Part shown: piece after piece, positions 1 through 15,239 of the stretch
Layout: the number at the start of each line of letters is the position of its first letter
Position numbering within the stretch: position 1 is the stretch's first letter
Assembly (NCBI RefSeq): GCF_006345805.1
Contig: NC_042997.1
Span: 212,040,001-212,104,000 of the forward strand
From: Octopus sinensis
Lineage: Eukaryota
Length of the DNA stretch: 64,000 nucleotides
Direction: 5' to 3'
Notes under the pieces: model-generated
The model's input: the letters and a program-made list of their open reading frames with translations, nothing else
Databases searched by the model: none
What the model was told of the DNA's origin: nothing
Made by a program: the position numbers and the translations under genes

Positions 1-1471
1 CAAATGGACATTACTCAATGACATCTGTTGTATAAGAAACAGAGCCTCTACCACATTAGGCAACTGCTAGAAATAGCAATTAAATCAACTTGAAATCACA
101 GCTTATCATCTTAAAGGACACAGATGTTATCTTGGATACATCATGCTCAACAGGATAGTCACAACTGGAATACTTTGCTGAAAGAAGCTAAACAACAAAT
201 CTGTGTATAAAATACAGACTTGGTGCTGAGTTCCACTTTCATAAAAAGAAATGAGAAGTTGTGACATTCATACCTTTCTCAAGTGATGCATTTCTAACAA
301 TCAAAATAATTTCCCAGACTTTGCTGACAACTTTGGACTCTAAGATATTGTTTTGTTATTTACATAGGTCTAGGTACACTGGCAGCTAAATACTTCAGTA
401 CATAGGTACCTAGGTACATTGGTAGCTAAATACCTAAGTACATAGGCACATCAGTACTTAGGTACAAGGCTGCCCAGGTATATTAGTACCTAGGTACTGC
501 AGTGCCTTGTTACATTGGCACCTAGGCATATCTGTACCTGGGTACATCAAAACCTAAGTATGTGCAAAGGACAATCAGTAAAAGTCCTGATGGTTTTGTG
601 ACATTACCCAAGATGCCTTGCAACAGATTTGAACTCAGGATGAGATGGTCGTGAAGCAAATGTCCCGAACAACAGCAGCCATGCTTGGTCCACCAAAAGC
701 CACTCTAACCAGGCTAGCGGGGAAGAAAACATGAACGAAACCTTTCACAACCAAGGAGAAAGAAACATTTTATATTTGTCTGTCCCTGTCTGTAGTTTGC
801 TGAAGGTCAACTTTGATCCACCAGGCTTAGGATTAAAGGCTGATCCTGATTCAGGCTAAATCCCCTAATGTCTCCTTCCTATTGTAAAATGTGATTGGAG
901 GGAGATCTGGCTGCTCTTTCTGCTATTCACTGCTCTAGAGATAAGCCATTGCCATCACGTTCTGAGTTCAAATTCCACCGAGGTCGACTTTGCCTTTCAT
1001 CCTTTCGGGGTCGATTAAGTAAGTACCAGTTACGCACTGGGATCGATATAATCGACTTAATCCATTTGTCTGTCCTTGTTTGTCCTCTCTGTGTTTAGCC
1101 CCTTGTGGGTGGTAAAGATATCTCATACGAGTGCAAACCCAGCTTAAATAATACCACACACTTATGGTTTGAGTTTTTGATGTTTGAACACAACAGGAAA
1201 AGGCTGAGACGAATTGGGGGGGGGAGCACAGTAGAAGAAAGAAAGGGGAAAGATGAAGAAAAAGAAGGGGAGAAAGAGGCAAAAGAAAAAAGACCAAGAT
1301 TAGAATGAAATGAGAAATGCTGCATGCAAACCTCCATCCACCCCACCAACCTAAGTTATTTACTCCTTCAACCCCCAAACTGAATATGTGACGGGGGGGG
1401 GGAGCAATTTTCCACAATAATAGTAATTAGTTTATCACTACTGAGCATAGTTGGTAAATTGAATCTGAGGC

Positions 1472-1506
<35 letters not shown>

Positions 1507-2549
1507 AAGCCATTTATTAAAATGTCTGTGTTTTTCATAAATCATCTGATCAGCTTCTAAGAAATCATTTCAGGGAAAATAACAATCATACACGTACGTA
1601 TATACATGCATACATACACACATACACATACAGTGACACCATTTCGTTTGAAGACAAGAGTGTACTGACGAGTAAACAATAATTACCTGTTTTTTTATTT
1701 AATTATTTCTGATTCCAACTATTAAACTATACGAGAACTTTTGTCTTTTAAATCAAGTAAATTTAAACATTTCAAATTAGCCTAATGCAATTACTGATAG
1801 TATCAATAACTTCCACAAATTGATTTACCAACAAACTGGATTCCGATGCATTAAAGAAAGAGAAGTGAGAAGAATAAAGCACTAAGTATTGGTCAGGGAC
1901 CGATTACCCAGTGAGGCACCTGAAATTTCTCAGAATGGAATCATATCTATAACTTCAATGGTCAAATTGTCTGGATTTTTTTCTTATTTTCTTCCTATTA
2001 TAAAAACCATACAATTTATTCATTTTCACGGATTCCTTTTGTCAAAAATACACATCAACTGATTATCATTAGATTTTCATTGGATTTAAATCCAAAGTTC
2101 ATTGTAGCCCCAGCAGCAGCAGCAGCAGCCATTCAAGAATTTGGACCTGGAGATCTCCATTTCCAGCGACTTCGAGGGCCACCTCCCAGTGGTGTTGGGC
2201 GTCAACGAAGAGCCCTCGACTACAACAAGACGACCAAAGTTTTTTTTTCCAAGGTCTGGGGTCTCCTGCCCCTAAGCCCTAGACCATCACCTAATCACCC
2301 TTACCCGTCTTGTTGCTTAACAACAACAACAACAACAACAGTAGCAGCAGCACTTAGAACTGAATTTCCTTGCATTTGATGAATTCGTTTATTCTTGTGA
2401 TGTGCTTCCGATTGCCATGGTGAGAAATCCATGACTGGCCCAAAATGACTCTTGGAAATAGTCTTCTCCAATGTCTCCTCCATAGGAGCTGTATTGCCAA
2501 CATTGTATTTCAGCTGATGCTTGGGCCTGGCCCTTTTCCAGACATGCAA

Positions 2550-2758
2550 CATTTCACTACCAACCCGGCTGAAACCACCTCTGGCTCTGAGTACAAATGT
2601 CTTGTTTCCATAAGTTTTTAATGAAAATCTTCCACCAAACCTTAGTCACAATTTATGTTCTTTACACCAGCTGAATGAGAACTAAGTAATTCTTTGTTAT
2701 ATTTAAAGTAACTGAAAGAAACACAGAGCATCGCAAAATAAATACAGTAATGAAAGGG
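2550..2758. mobile_element. piggyBac-type MITE copy
   Basis: Same body as 18967-19186; right end GAAAGGG|TTAA, left end decayed. Confidence 0.75.
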
Positions 2759-4916
2759 TTAAATCATATAATTGGCACCCATTAAGTTTAAGTACTGGGT
2801 TCATACAGCCAAAGTGAGATTCTCCTCCTGTACAACACTGGATATACACTTGGCTGTCAGAGGTGAATAATTAAATTTACACTCATCCAACCTTGAGATT
2901 TTGAGACTAATTTCATGGCAAGTAATTCTTGTGTTCCTGAAAGAACTGAATGTGGAACACCTTGGTTCTACTTTTGCTGTAGAATTACAAATCTAAACTT
3001 TGCCTTTCTGTTGAGCATCATTCAAAGAGCCAGCAGTGATAGCATTTGTCTCCTGTCCAATGGTGAATGTCCCAGACTCTCTTTTCAGTGGATTTTCACA
3101 TCTGTCCTGATCAAGAATGGTCAGAACCATAACAAATTTCCCTGATAATGCGTACAACATAGCAGTAATTCCTAAACATTGAACCCATTCCAGCATAGAA
3201 AACTGACGTTAAACAATGATGATGAACCTCACCAACATGTACTGAGCATTTGTTGTTCCTTGATTGTATAATAACAGACTGACGCACAGTGGGAATGAAC
3301 CTAGAACCAGGAGGTTGGGAAGCAAGTTTCTTACTTCACAGCCATGCTTGCACCTATATATTTGTACGAGCAGCTAAGCCCGGTTTCACCCAGTCTGTTT
3401 GGATGATGTGGCTGTGATCGTTTTCGGTTAGGCATAATCTATGACAGCGTTTGTCAACCTTATCATTTCGGGTCCCCTCTTTCGATTGGAACCTGCAGCT
3501 GTATGAAAATTTCCTGACCCCACCCCATCCTAAGCAACTGGTTGTTTTAATGGCAGAAGAAAGAAGGAAATTCCATTAGAAAAAGTTTTAATCGATTTTC
3601 TCGGTAAGTAGGGGGGGGGGTTAGGAAAAAATACAAACTGCATTCCAATCTATGCACCCGTCTCCACAGGTGTGCCATTTTTCATGTGAATCTACCCAGC
3701 CATTGACTGTGAACCTCAAGACAAGAAAGAATACAACGATCGCTCATGTCAAATTTATATTATAGATTAAGTACTGTACATTGTTTTTCAGACTTGATAA
3801 CACTTGATAACACACACGCACACACACAATTCAAAAATATGACAAAGCTTTAAGTTTGAAATATGTACCAATTTTAGCACCAAAATTAGAATCTCAACAT
3901 TGTGCTCTGTTAGGAGTAATACTTTTATTAATATGGATGTATTGTCTATTAATGTTTTCTTGCCTAGATTTGGGTAATACTGTGAGATATAAAGTGACTA
4001 TGAGGAAGTGTTGCAACAGTTGAAGTCATGAAGTTTATAACCACAATGTTCATAGGTGAATTTATGATATTAATCATGTGAATTTCTAGTATCACATTAG
4101 TTATTTGAATTTAGACACAACGTTAAATAATTTGTAGCTCGTCCTTGGGTTTATACGACTGTGGTTTGTTGTTGACAAGATTTTGCTTTGAGTGATTTCC
4201 ATAGGGTAGTATTATTGTCAGCTTATAATTTGATATGTTCTCTTCTACAGACAAAACACTTATGAAACTCCCAGAATAAAATTTACTAATCAACAATGTA
4301 TGTTCTAGCAGACTAACAGACAAACCAAAGAAGAACACAGAAACAAAGACATCAGATGGGACACATTAAAAAGAACCAGATCACATGTGAAGTGCATCAT
4401 ATGAATCAGTTGCAAAAGACATGGATACATTATAAAAAATCTTATAAGATGGACCATAAAATACGTCAGACAGACCTCTACTTAAAGCACACACACACAC
4501 CCAGGCCTATTTAGCTACATCTAGTCATATAGACAGTTTCTGTAGTTAATAATATACAGAAAATATAGCAGGACTCTATATTGATGGAAAATGTAGAGTG
4601 TAGACTCTTGTCTTGAGTTGTACTAAAATGCAGATAAAATTTCAGAAACGACTGCTGGTAACTGTCAGTGTGAGAAAGGGAGGAGAAGACCTTAGGGACT
4701 GTGAGGGGCTGTGATCAAGGTATTGGTAGGGTCTCAATGTTAGAGGTTCTTATGATAGCAGCAGGAAATATGGTGGATGGGTGACAATTCTAAAGGACTT
4801 GGAGAGTGAAGTTGAAAAATTGGGATTTGGTGAGGAGGTTAGTGTAGAGGGGGGAGTGAGGAGCCGAGTCAGACCAAGATGGAGGTGGTGGTTGCAGCTA
4901 GAGGGGTTACAAAATG

Positions 4917-5124
4917 AGAGGTAGTGAGAGTGTATGTTTGAAGATCAGAAGTGATGGTTGTAGAGAGGTCAAGAGAGGTAGTGAGAGGTGAGAATGTATG
5001 TTTGAGGGTCAGAAGTGATGGTTGCAGAAGGGTCAAGAGAGGTAGTGAGAGGTGAGAGTGTATGTTTGAGGGTCAGAAGTGATGGTTGCAGAGAGGTCAA
5101 GAGAGGTAGTGAGAGGAGAGAGTA
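4917..5124. repeat. 64-bp minisatellite, about 3 copies
   Basis: agaagtgatggttg recurs at 4947, 5011 and 5075. Confidence 0.9.
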
Positions 5125-6712
5125 TGAGGTAGTAAGTTAATTAGTGAGTTTTTGCCAGTTGGTCAGCTGGATTCCTTGAAGATGCCCCATGAGTGTGGAG
5201 TAGGAATGGCTCTGTCTCACATGCGGGACCAATGCAATGGGTCAGTGATGTCCTTGTGTGTTTAGCAGGACACAAGGACAGAAATAGAATAACTATTTGG
5301 AAATAATTTGTTAGGATCTTTTCTGTTTGAATTGATTTCATATTCAGTGTAAGGATACACTTTTATTGACTAATTAATGACGTGAAAGTAATTTTCACTG
5401 TAAATCAATAAATAAAGAGTTATTTGTGATTAAATTTTGAAAATTTTGGTAATTTTAGCCAATCGTAAGCCAGACACATTCATGGCTGTTTTGATAGTAA
5501 GAAGCTGAAATGAGAACACTTGTCTCTCAATGTGCCCGTTGCCATAGTAACATGTGAATCTGAGTAGTCTTTGAATAGTCTTTTATCTGCAAGGAAGCAC
5601 GTGTTGATAAATTTGATGCTGTGTTCTGTGTGATTATGGCACCAAGCTCCAGTGACTTCGCTTCTATTACGGAAACTTTGAAAACAGAGGAGGATATTTT
5701 TAAAATTAAAACCAAAAGTTAAATGTTTGTTTTTTAAACATATTTGAATTGTAATTAAACATTTTAACAAATTGTTTGTTTAATGTTTGTTTCTTTTTGT
5801 CATTGAGCATTGAGATGGTTGTGAGGTGGGCTAAAAATAATGGCTAAATAAGACTTTTTGGATAAATCTTTTAAATTAAGTTTATTTGCCAACATCTCAC
5901 TCAGAGATTGAAAACTGTTTTTCTTTTTTAAACAAAGATAAACATTTATTTACATGAAAGTTCACCAGTAATTTTCTTTCATCTAATTCTTCTAAATCTT
6001 TCTGATAAAAATTGTAATGTGTTTATCACACTTGCATTAAACACTAGTGGTTATGAGGTGTGCTAAAAATAACAGCTAAAAAAGATTTAGTTACATGAAA
6101 GAAAATTACCAGAGAGATAGCACATGCTGTCTTCAGGATGTTAACAAAATGTGCAGTCACATACAAAATGGCAACTTCTAAACCCCGTTTCCTGACTGGG
6201 TGAAAATGATCAAACTTTAAACCTCTATAACTTTTTAAAAACATTTTTCTAGAAGAACTGAAATAACTCCAACAATTCAGTTTGGGCAAGTGTATTATTG
6301 AGCCAAATTTTACAATTTTTGGTAAACTTGAATTTTTGGAACTGCAACCAAACAGAAAAGATTAATTTCTTATAAGAATAACCTAAAATTTAGAAATTTA
6401 AATCAGAAAATATTTTAACAAAATCTGAATTTGTTGTTCCTGAGTGAGTAATTCTTAAATTGGTTTTTATTTATTTTCAACTGTCAAAATATTCTAAACT
6501 AAAAATGTTTTAAAATACTTTTAATCTCACATAAAAAAAAGGAACCAACTTATCTATGAGTATAATCCGTATTTTATGTTTTTAAATAAGACTTGGTTTT
6601 ATAGAGTTGCTGGTTTCTAAACCATAAAACATGAGAATCAGTTGGGAGAGAAATGGAGAAAATAATATAAAAAGAAAATCAAAGACTGATTCACAAACTG
6701 CAGAATGTCAAC

Positions 6713-6764
<52 letters not shown>

Positions 6765-8305
6765 AGGGAGAGGGAGAATTGGTTGGGAATAATGTATCAT
6801 GAATGTAGGATCAATGGTTCCTTTAAACAACAACAACAAGAGCATATCGAAGAGAAAGCTGGAAACAAAAGTGATTCCCTTTCATCAGCAACAACAAACC
6901 ATAAACCATGTTGTGTAGAAAGAAGAAAAAAAAACCCCACTAAAACACAACAAACAACAACAACGGACCTGATGAAACATCAACATACCCACACATATAT
7001 ACACACACATAAACACACAAAATATCTACACATAAATATTTATACACGCAAACATAAACACATAAATATCACAGCATCAACAGCAGAGATATATCTACAC
7101 ATAAACATCAACAGCAAAGCTGTATATCTACACATATACACACTTGAAAGCAAGAGTTTTTTCTTTTTATTTAACAGGATTTACTGGGGAAATTCAATAT
7201 CAAGTTTCTCTGCAGAATTAATAATAAAAATCATTTAAATGTAACAAACTTGGAAATATGCTTTTAAACAGAGAAGAGGTTTCGTCTTCGTTAAAACTGC
7301 ATTCATTATAAGAGAACAATGATTAATTCCTTATATATAATTGGCATTTTCTGAAATAATACACTCCAAACCAAAAGCAAAAGAAAATTAGAAAACAGAA
7401 TGGTGGCTGCACAGCATTACAGAGAGTTGGAGAAACTTCATCAGAATTAATCACAAAGTTTACAAGATGCTCATTAAGCTAATGATAATTTCTCATTAAG
7501 CAGGGATGTATTTTTAATTAATTAAAATATTTTGGCTCCGTTCATTATGTAAGCACTTTACAAAAACTACACAATTTTGGTTCTAACAGGAAACATTAAA
7601 AGTAGAAACTTGGTGTAGGTATGAACCAGCATTAGATTAAATTAGTCATCTATGTATCATATTTAATGTATAAACATTATTCACAGTGTGGAGAGATGCA
7701 TGGCTTAGTGGTTAGGGTGTTGGACTCATAATTGTAAAAGTGTGATTTCGATTCCTAAACACATTTCATGATGCTCCAGCTGGCCCAGTTGGTAAAAATG
7801 AGTCCTCCATGGCAACCCATCCAGAGAGAAATATGTACAACACAGAAACCAAAAAACTAGCTCTATGAGTGTCTATGTCTGAGAAAAGAGCTTTATCCTT
7901 TAACCCACCATTGACAAGTAGGATGCTGTGGGTTTTGTCGGAGAGAAAATCTCTGTGTAGACATGTGTTAAAAATAGCAGAGTCATTGGAGCAAGGCAAA
8001 GATTATTCGCACCAGTGATTCACAAGAACGTCTCAAAGATGCTTCAACTTCTTAGAGTATTGTCAATGGCATGTATTCACTAGTCTCATGCAGAGATGAA
8101 GTCTGTCTCTTCCAATATACAAGAGTGAATAACATCTTCAGTGGCATTGTGGAAACCTAAAGAAAGCCAAAACGTGACTGATATGCTCATAGGTCACTGC
8201 TGGGATGATGTTTGTCTCATCCTGATACGGTTCTAATGTCTATGAAGAGATTTTCTCTCACATGAGAACCACAGCATAAAGGCCTGTCAACAGTGTGTAT
8301 ATATA

Positions 8306-8612
8306 TCATCATCATCATCATCATCATCATTTAGCGTCCGCTTTCCATGCTAGCATGGGTTGGACGGTTCAACTGGGGTCTGTGAAGCAGGAAGGCTTCA
8401 TCAGGCCAGTCAGATCTGGCAGTGTTTCTACGGCTGGATGCCCTTCCTAACACCAACCACTCCGTGAGTGTAGTGGGTGCTTTTTACGTGCCACCTGCAC
8501 AGGTGCCAGACAGAGCTGGCAAACGGCCACGAACGGATGGTGCTTTTTATGTGCCACCGGCACGGGGGCCAGACGGGGCGCCGCCGACAACGACCACGAT
8601 TGGATGGTTCGC
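8306..8612 (-). mobile_element. RTE 3'-UTR fragment
   Basis: (ATC)n followed by ttagcgtccgctttccatgctagcatgggttggacgg. Related copies at about 9990-10470, 14049-14590, 20715-20935, 21216-21620, 21937-22345, 22805-23378(+), 28193-28510, 28622-28781, 36110-36343(+), 42185-42385(+) and 48228-48570. Confidence 0.85.
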
Positions 8613-9937
8613 TTAACCACAGCTGCAATTTCCACTGATGTTGATCGACCTCAATTTTGGTTCTGCTTTCTGATATCTGATTTGATTTTGACTGTTATAT
8701 ATATATATATATATATATAAAAAATATAAATTAGAGACAAAAACCACCATTATGCAACTCAAACAGTGATAGACATGAACCAAAAACATAAATAACAAAT
8801 ATATTTTTATAAAACATATAACTAGATCTCAAAAAGTATAAAAATGAATGAACAATATATATATGTAAGTATATATATGTATATATATATAAAATGAGGG
8901 TTGATGTTTGATTGATTTAAGTATGTTTCTCCATTTTCTAATTTTGTATATATATATATATATATATATCATCATCATCATCATCATCATTTAGCGTCAT
9001 ATATATATATATATGTTAGGTACGATGCATACAAGCCTTTTAGATGTAACATTTCTTAATATTACAATCTTATATCATTGCAATCCATGTAAATTGTTTT
9101 AGGTTCTCATTGTAAAATAGTTTGTAATTTACAAAACAGAACCATGGCAAACTTAATGTTTCAAACACTTTTGTTCTCAAAGAATATTGATAAGTTTGGT
9201 CTAAAATGAAGCCAGCATGATAACTAGTTGTTCTAAGATTTCTCAAGATTGCATTGCTGTTGGTCTAAAGAATAACTGCTGGATTAGGTTTATCTCAAGT
9301 TTTATAAACATTGTTCAGCCAAACTGTTTCGTTTGTGTTCAGTGTTTTCATTAGGAGACTGTTGTTCCATACAACTCTTCTACACCCTGGAGCTAATATA
9401 CACTTTGTAACTCTTATACACCCTGTATGTTTCGAAAGACAATCATTGGAATGGAATTAATAATTTCCCTGATAACGAGTCTAATTAAAATCAAGTTGCA
9501 AGTATGAAGGTCAATTGGCCTAGAGCTTAGGGTGATGACCTCAAGATCATAACATTGCGAGTTCAATTCCAGGAATGGGCAGTATATAGTGTCTTTGGGC
9601 AAGTCTTCATTTCACACTGCTCCAGTCTACTTGGTGGTAAATGTGCACCAACAAATTGATGGTTTGGCTCTTTCTTTCTTTCTCTCTCTCACTCCCACTG
9701 CAGCTTTCACATCCTTGATGTTCCCCTGGGTGCAGAGTGTGGGAGGGCTCATAACTACAAAATCACCTAAAACATTCATAGTAAAAGCATGGTACAAATT
9801 ATAATTGTTTGTGAGTGACAGATGTGTACTTCAGCCTCTAAAGTACCCCCATAGAAACTCTATGGTTTTAAACATTGAATTCATTTCATTTTCTGTACTG
9901 AGCTACTAATAATGGTGCATATATTACTGAAGATGTG

Positions 9938-9987
<50 letters not shown>

Positions 9988-10490
9988 CAACATCATCATC
10001 ATGATTTAACGTTCCTTGTCCATGCTGGCATGGGTTGGATGGTTTGACCAGACTGGCATACTGCACCAAACTCCAGTCTGATTTGGCATAGTTTTCTATG
10101 GCTGGATGCCCTTCCTAATACCAACCAGTCTGAGAGTGTAATGGGTGCTTTTATGTGCCACCGGCATGGGTGCCATTTGCATGATACCAGGGAGATTTTT
10201 ATGTGCCACCAGCATTGGTGCCATTTGCGTGACACTGGTATCTTCCATGACTGCAATTTTACTCGGCTTGATGGATCTTCTTTTCAAGCACGACATAATG
10301 CCAAAGGTCTCGGTCATTCTGCCTCTGTGAAGCCCAACACTCGAATTGAATTCAGACACTTTGCCTCCATGAGACCCAACGCTTGAACGCTGTTCCTTAC
10401 ATGCCACCCACATGGGTGCCAATTACCATGACTACGATTCCACTTGGCTTGATGGGTCCTCTCAAGCACAATATAGAAATATATGTATAT

Positions 10491-10874
10491 ACTCTTTACT
10501 CTTTTACTTGTTTCAGTCATTTGACTGCGGCCATGCTGGAGCACCGCCTTTAGTCGAGCAACTCGACCCCGGGACTTATTCTTTTTGTAAGCCAAGTACT
10601 TATTCTATCGGTCTCTTTTTGCCGAACCGCTAAGTGACGGGGACGTAAGCACACCAGCATCGGTTGTCAAGCAATGCTAGGGGAACAAACACAGACACAC
10701 ACACATACATATGACAGGCTTCTTTCAGTTTCCGTCTACCAAATCCACTCACAAGGCATTGGTCGGCCCGGGGCTATAGCAGAAGACACTTGCCCAAGAT
10801 GCCACGCAGTGGGACTGAACCCGGAACCATGTGGTTGGTTAGCAAGATACTTACCACACAGCCACTCCTGCGCC
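10491..10874 (-). mobile_element. SINE family A
   Basis: Reverse complement of 62818-63237. Confidence 0.9.
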
Positions 10875-12474
10875 TATCTGGAAGATATATTACTAAAGTA
10901 TTTTTATCAAGTCGGGGCCTGTCGCTCATCAATAATTGATGTTTGCCATTGAAACAGCACCCTGAAATACCTCAATTCTTTAAGCTTGTAGCTTTACCAT
11001 GGCTCAGATTCTTCTGCAGGAACTATAATAGTTATTCCACTGCTGTAAACCTATCAAGAACAGAGGTGTTACAATGAAAATAGTTCTAAATATACCTATA
11101 ACAGTTTTTCTTGATAGTAATATGTGATCTCAAAATTACTAGGTAAGCCTGTTCCACTTTCAAAAGAGAAAAAGAAAAGAAAAGAAAAGAAAAGAAAAGA
11201 AATATTCTCTCTTCCCCTTTCTCCTCCCTCACCCCATTGTTTACTGCTAATTTGTGACTCAATACAAAAGTTTGTAATCATGTTGGAAACACTCAGCAAG
11301 CCTTTGTCTCGCAAACCCACTTCACTCTTTCATTCACACAAAGCCACTATTAGCATTTCCAACTCCATTGATTTTGTATTTCTACAGTTTCAAAGGAGAC
11401 TCCACTCAATACAACAACAACAACAAAATAGGTCACTGTTCTTGTTGTTGTTGTTCAGCCACAGCCCAGCTTTGACTAAATAGGCCTATAATCAAATATA
11501 TTCCACCAATGACCATCTTGTCTGTTTTTTTTTCCTTCTTCTTAGCTATGGTGTGTATAGGAACTCATTATCCAATGTATTTATAGTTAAATGCAGTGAA
11601 GTGTGGTTTGAGGGAGATCTGGCTGCTATTTCTAAAAGGCCGAGTGGTCATATGGTGGCATCTGCTGTGTAACACTGGCTGTTCTTCTGACCAGAACAAT
11701 TCGTCACAATCAGAAGAGAATTTTATCAATAAATACAGACTAATTAAAGAGGGCACCACTATGCAGTCTACTGAACAACAAGAAATAACAGCCAACTCTC
11801 CTTCAAATCAGTTCTTAACATCTTCAAAATGGAAGGACACACAGGAAAATGTAGACTTGGATAAATACAGACAGAAGACAGTTATGGCTGGAACACAATT
11901 GATTATCCATGTGCTGGATGAGGGCTATCCCATGGTTAAACACCACCAACAACCAAGAATAAAGTGACAGACTCTATCCCACCATTATTGAATATATTGG
12001 ATATTCTGGAAAGCAGAAATATTTAGAGTTTAATAGAGAATTGGTCTCAGCTGGATTGAAAGGGAGCCAAGGTCATCAGTGATGGTCAGCGTCAACAAAA
12101 GATGTGGACAGTAGGAAGAGGTGAGTTCTAGTCTCAGACAAGAATAGTTTGAAAGTGGTCAACCTTTGAGCCAATTTGCTAAAGTGTCTCCAACGAAACT
12201 TCTCTGGGATTGGATAGCCATGGGAGTAAAGGCTACTTTGTTGATGACCAGCATTGAAAAGTTATGTGTTTGAGGAAGTTTCTGATCAGTTGCAGAGAAA
12301 GGATTTAATGGTAAGGAGAAATTCTTGTAAAATGTCATTCTATTTTGTTCACCAAGTAGCTTTCTTGAACAATCAACATTGTCCTTCACAGACTTCCATT
12401 TAGATGTTCTAAGAGGACAATGGAGTTGATTCAGCTTGGATATTATTATTATTATTATTATTGTTATTTTTATT

Positions 12475-12885
12475 ACTCTCTTTTCTCTTTTACTTGTTTC
12501 AGTCATTTGACTGCGGCCATGCTAGAGCACCGCCTTCAGTCGAGCAAATCGACCCCGGGACTTATTCTTTGTAAGCCCAGTACTTATTCTATCGGTCTCT
12601 TTTGCCAAACCGCTAAGTTATGGGGACGCAAACACACCAGCATCGGTTGTCAAGCAATGCTAGGGGGACAAACACAGACACACAAACATATACACACACA
12701 CATACATATATATACATATATATGACAGGCTTCTTTCAGTTTCCGTCTACCAAATCCACTCACAAGGCGTTGGTCGGCCCGGGGCTATAGCAGAAGACAC
12801 TTGCCCAAGATGCCACGCAGTGGGACTGAACCTGGAACCATGTGGTTGGTTAGCAAGCTACTTACCACACAGCCACTCTTGCGCC
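12475..12885 (-). mobile_element. SINE family A
   Basis: Full-length copy. Confidence 0.9.
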
Positions 12886-15239
12886 TATTATTATTATTCT
12901 CTTCAAAAGAAACAAAAATATCTCTCAACAAAATTCAGAACCTTCAGCTGAGTGGATTGAAACTGGAATATTAAGAGCATGTGCCACACTGGACTCACTT
13001 GTATTCTCTTTAAACATATTCCAAAGGAAATGGCAAGTTCTCATGATGAGGTTCCATCAAAACAATGTGCTCAAAGAAATGGTTCCACTGTCAATGTGTC
13101 CAAAGATAGTTTCTAGTTCAAGTCATGAAAGGAATGTTTACCGAGTTTCAGTTAAATAAATTAGTATTTTTAGAAACAATTGCCAAGAATTCATCATTTT
13201 TATCTGAAATGTTCTATCTCAGTAGTTCAGGTACAGCAATAGACATGGTGTCTTTTATTAGAAATGGTGGCATTAACCTTCAACAAAAAAAGACCACAAG
13301 GTACCAAAACCAAAAGTAAAGCACAACTAAATAATAAACAACCAGAAAGGAGTAAGAACTGTGTTGTCGCATGATGGGTGAGAAACACAGATGCTCCTTG
13401 CCCAGGGGCTCAGTGACCATAGAGACAACTGTTTACTCTTTTGCTGGCTTCACTCATTGGATTGCAGCCATGATGGAACATTACCTTCAGGGTTTCTACA
13501 CACTCACTACACTGACTCCAGAATTTGATTTAGTCAGATAATTATCATAATGATCTCTATTGCTACATTAATTACGAATCAAGGTAATTATCAGGTAGAT
13601 ATAAATCAATTAAACACGAAATTAATTATTGTTACCTTGAGTGTTGGTCCTGTATTCAAAACTGGTTTACTGCCACAATAGAAGCTTACAACTATGATAA
13701 TGATTTGCTCTTTATCTCTCCTTCTCATATATATACACATACATACATACATACATACATACACATACACAATCTCACTTGCCCTCATTCACACATAGAC
13801 ACACACCATTCTCACATACACACACATGCTTGCATACCTCAGTTCGTTTGGATCACCATTATTATCTCCCTTTCATTCGACCTCTTTTTTTCCCCAGTCA
13901 TCTCACCATGTTGGACTGCTGAACTCAGCACAGTTTTTCTCTCCCCATTTTTTCCCCTCTTATTCCTTTCTGTCAAAGAGCACAGACTCAAAATGTGAAA
14001 GACTTTTCTATTTCTCCCAAGTGTTAAACTCATACACCTGCTTATTGTTCATCATCATCATCATTTAACGTCCGCTTTCCATGTTAGCATGGGTTGGATG
14101 ATTTTGACTGAGGGCTGGCGAACCAGATGGCTGCACCAGGCTCCAACTTGATCTGGCAGAGTTTCTACAGCTAGATGCCTTTCCTAATGCCAACCACTCT
14201 GAGAGTGTAGTGGGTGCTTTTTACATGCCACTGGCCAGTCAGGCGGTACTGGCAATGACCTTGCTCGAATCCTTTTACACATGCCACCGGCACAGGTGCC
14301 AGTAAGGTGACACTGGTAACGATCACGCTTGAATGGTGCCCTTTTACGTGCCACCGGCACGGAAGCCAGTTGGCTGCTCTGGCAACGATCATGCTCAGAT
14401 GGTGCTCTTGGCACCCTACTAGCATGGGGCATGAGTGCCAGTAAGGCGATGCTGGTAACAATCACACTCGAGTGGCGCTTTTTATGTGCCACTGGCATGG
14501 ATGCCGGTTAGCTGCTCTGTCAACGATCACACTCGTATGATGCTCTTTGCACCCCGCTAGCACGGATGCCCGTCATCAAATGTGATTTTGGTTGTTCCTA
14601 CACCTGTTTTTGTCTTTTATATATACACATACACACACATACACATGTATCAATATAAAATGTGTGTGAATTATTCAGTGGTTGTTGTGGGGTTGTGAGC
14701 TGTTGTATGCTACAAAGCTTAAGTCTGAGACAAACCATGCAGCACTTTCATCCACTTCAGATGACATACATTAACAGTTTATGATGTGTGTGTGTGTGTA
14801 TGCGTAAATACATACAGACATATACATGTGAACACACATGTAACATTAAATAAAGCCTGTCAGTTGCATTTTTAAACATGAAGCAATTCTATTCAGTTTT
14901 ACACGTTTCATGACTGAAGGCAAGCAACGATACATTTGTTGTTTCTATGAATTATTCAATAGTTGTTGTTGTTGTTGCAATTATTTTAGGTTTTTTTTGC
15001 CTCCAAAAACTGTAATACTTTTAATGTGAGGATTTATGACAAAACATGTACCCCTCTTTCTCTTTTTATGTCCAACCCACTCTACCCTACATCCAGTGAG
15101 TCTTCCATGATATATTCATTCTGTGTGTGTGTGTGTGTGTAAGTACATGGTGTTTCAGTTAAATTTGGTTTGTCGAAAACAAAATCCCATCCAAAACTAA
15201 AATTATTTTTAGAAAATCAAAAAAATATCAAAAGGCCAT

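Noticed and set aside
11990-12330. Possible CR1 reverse transcriptase remnant
   Set aside because: Similarity (FAKVS..KLL...MGV) is too weak to call without alignment.
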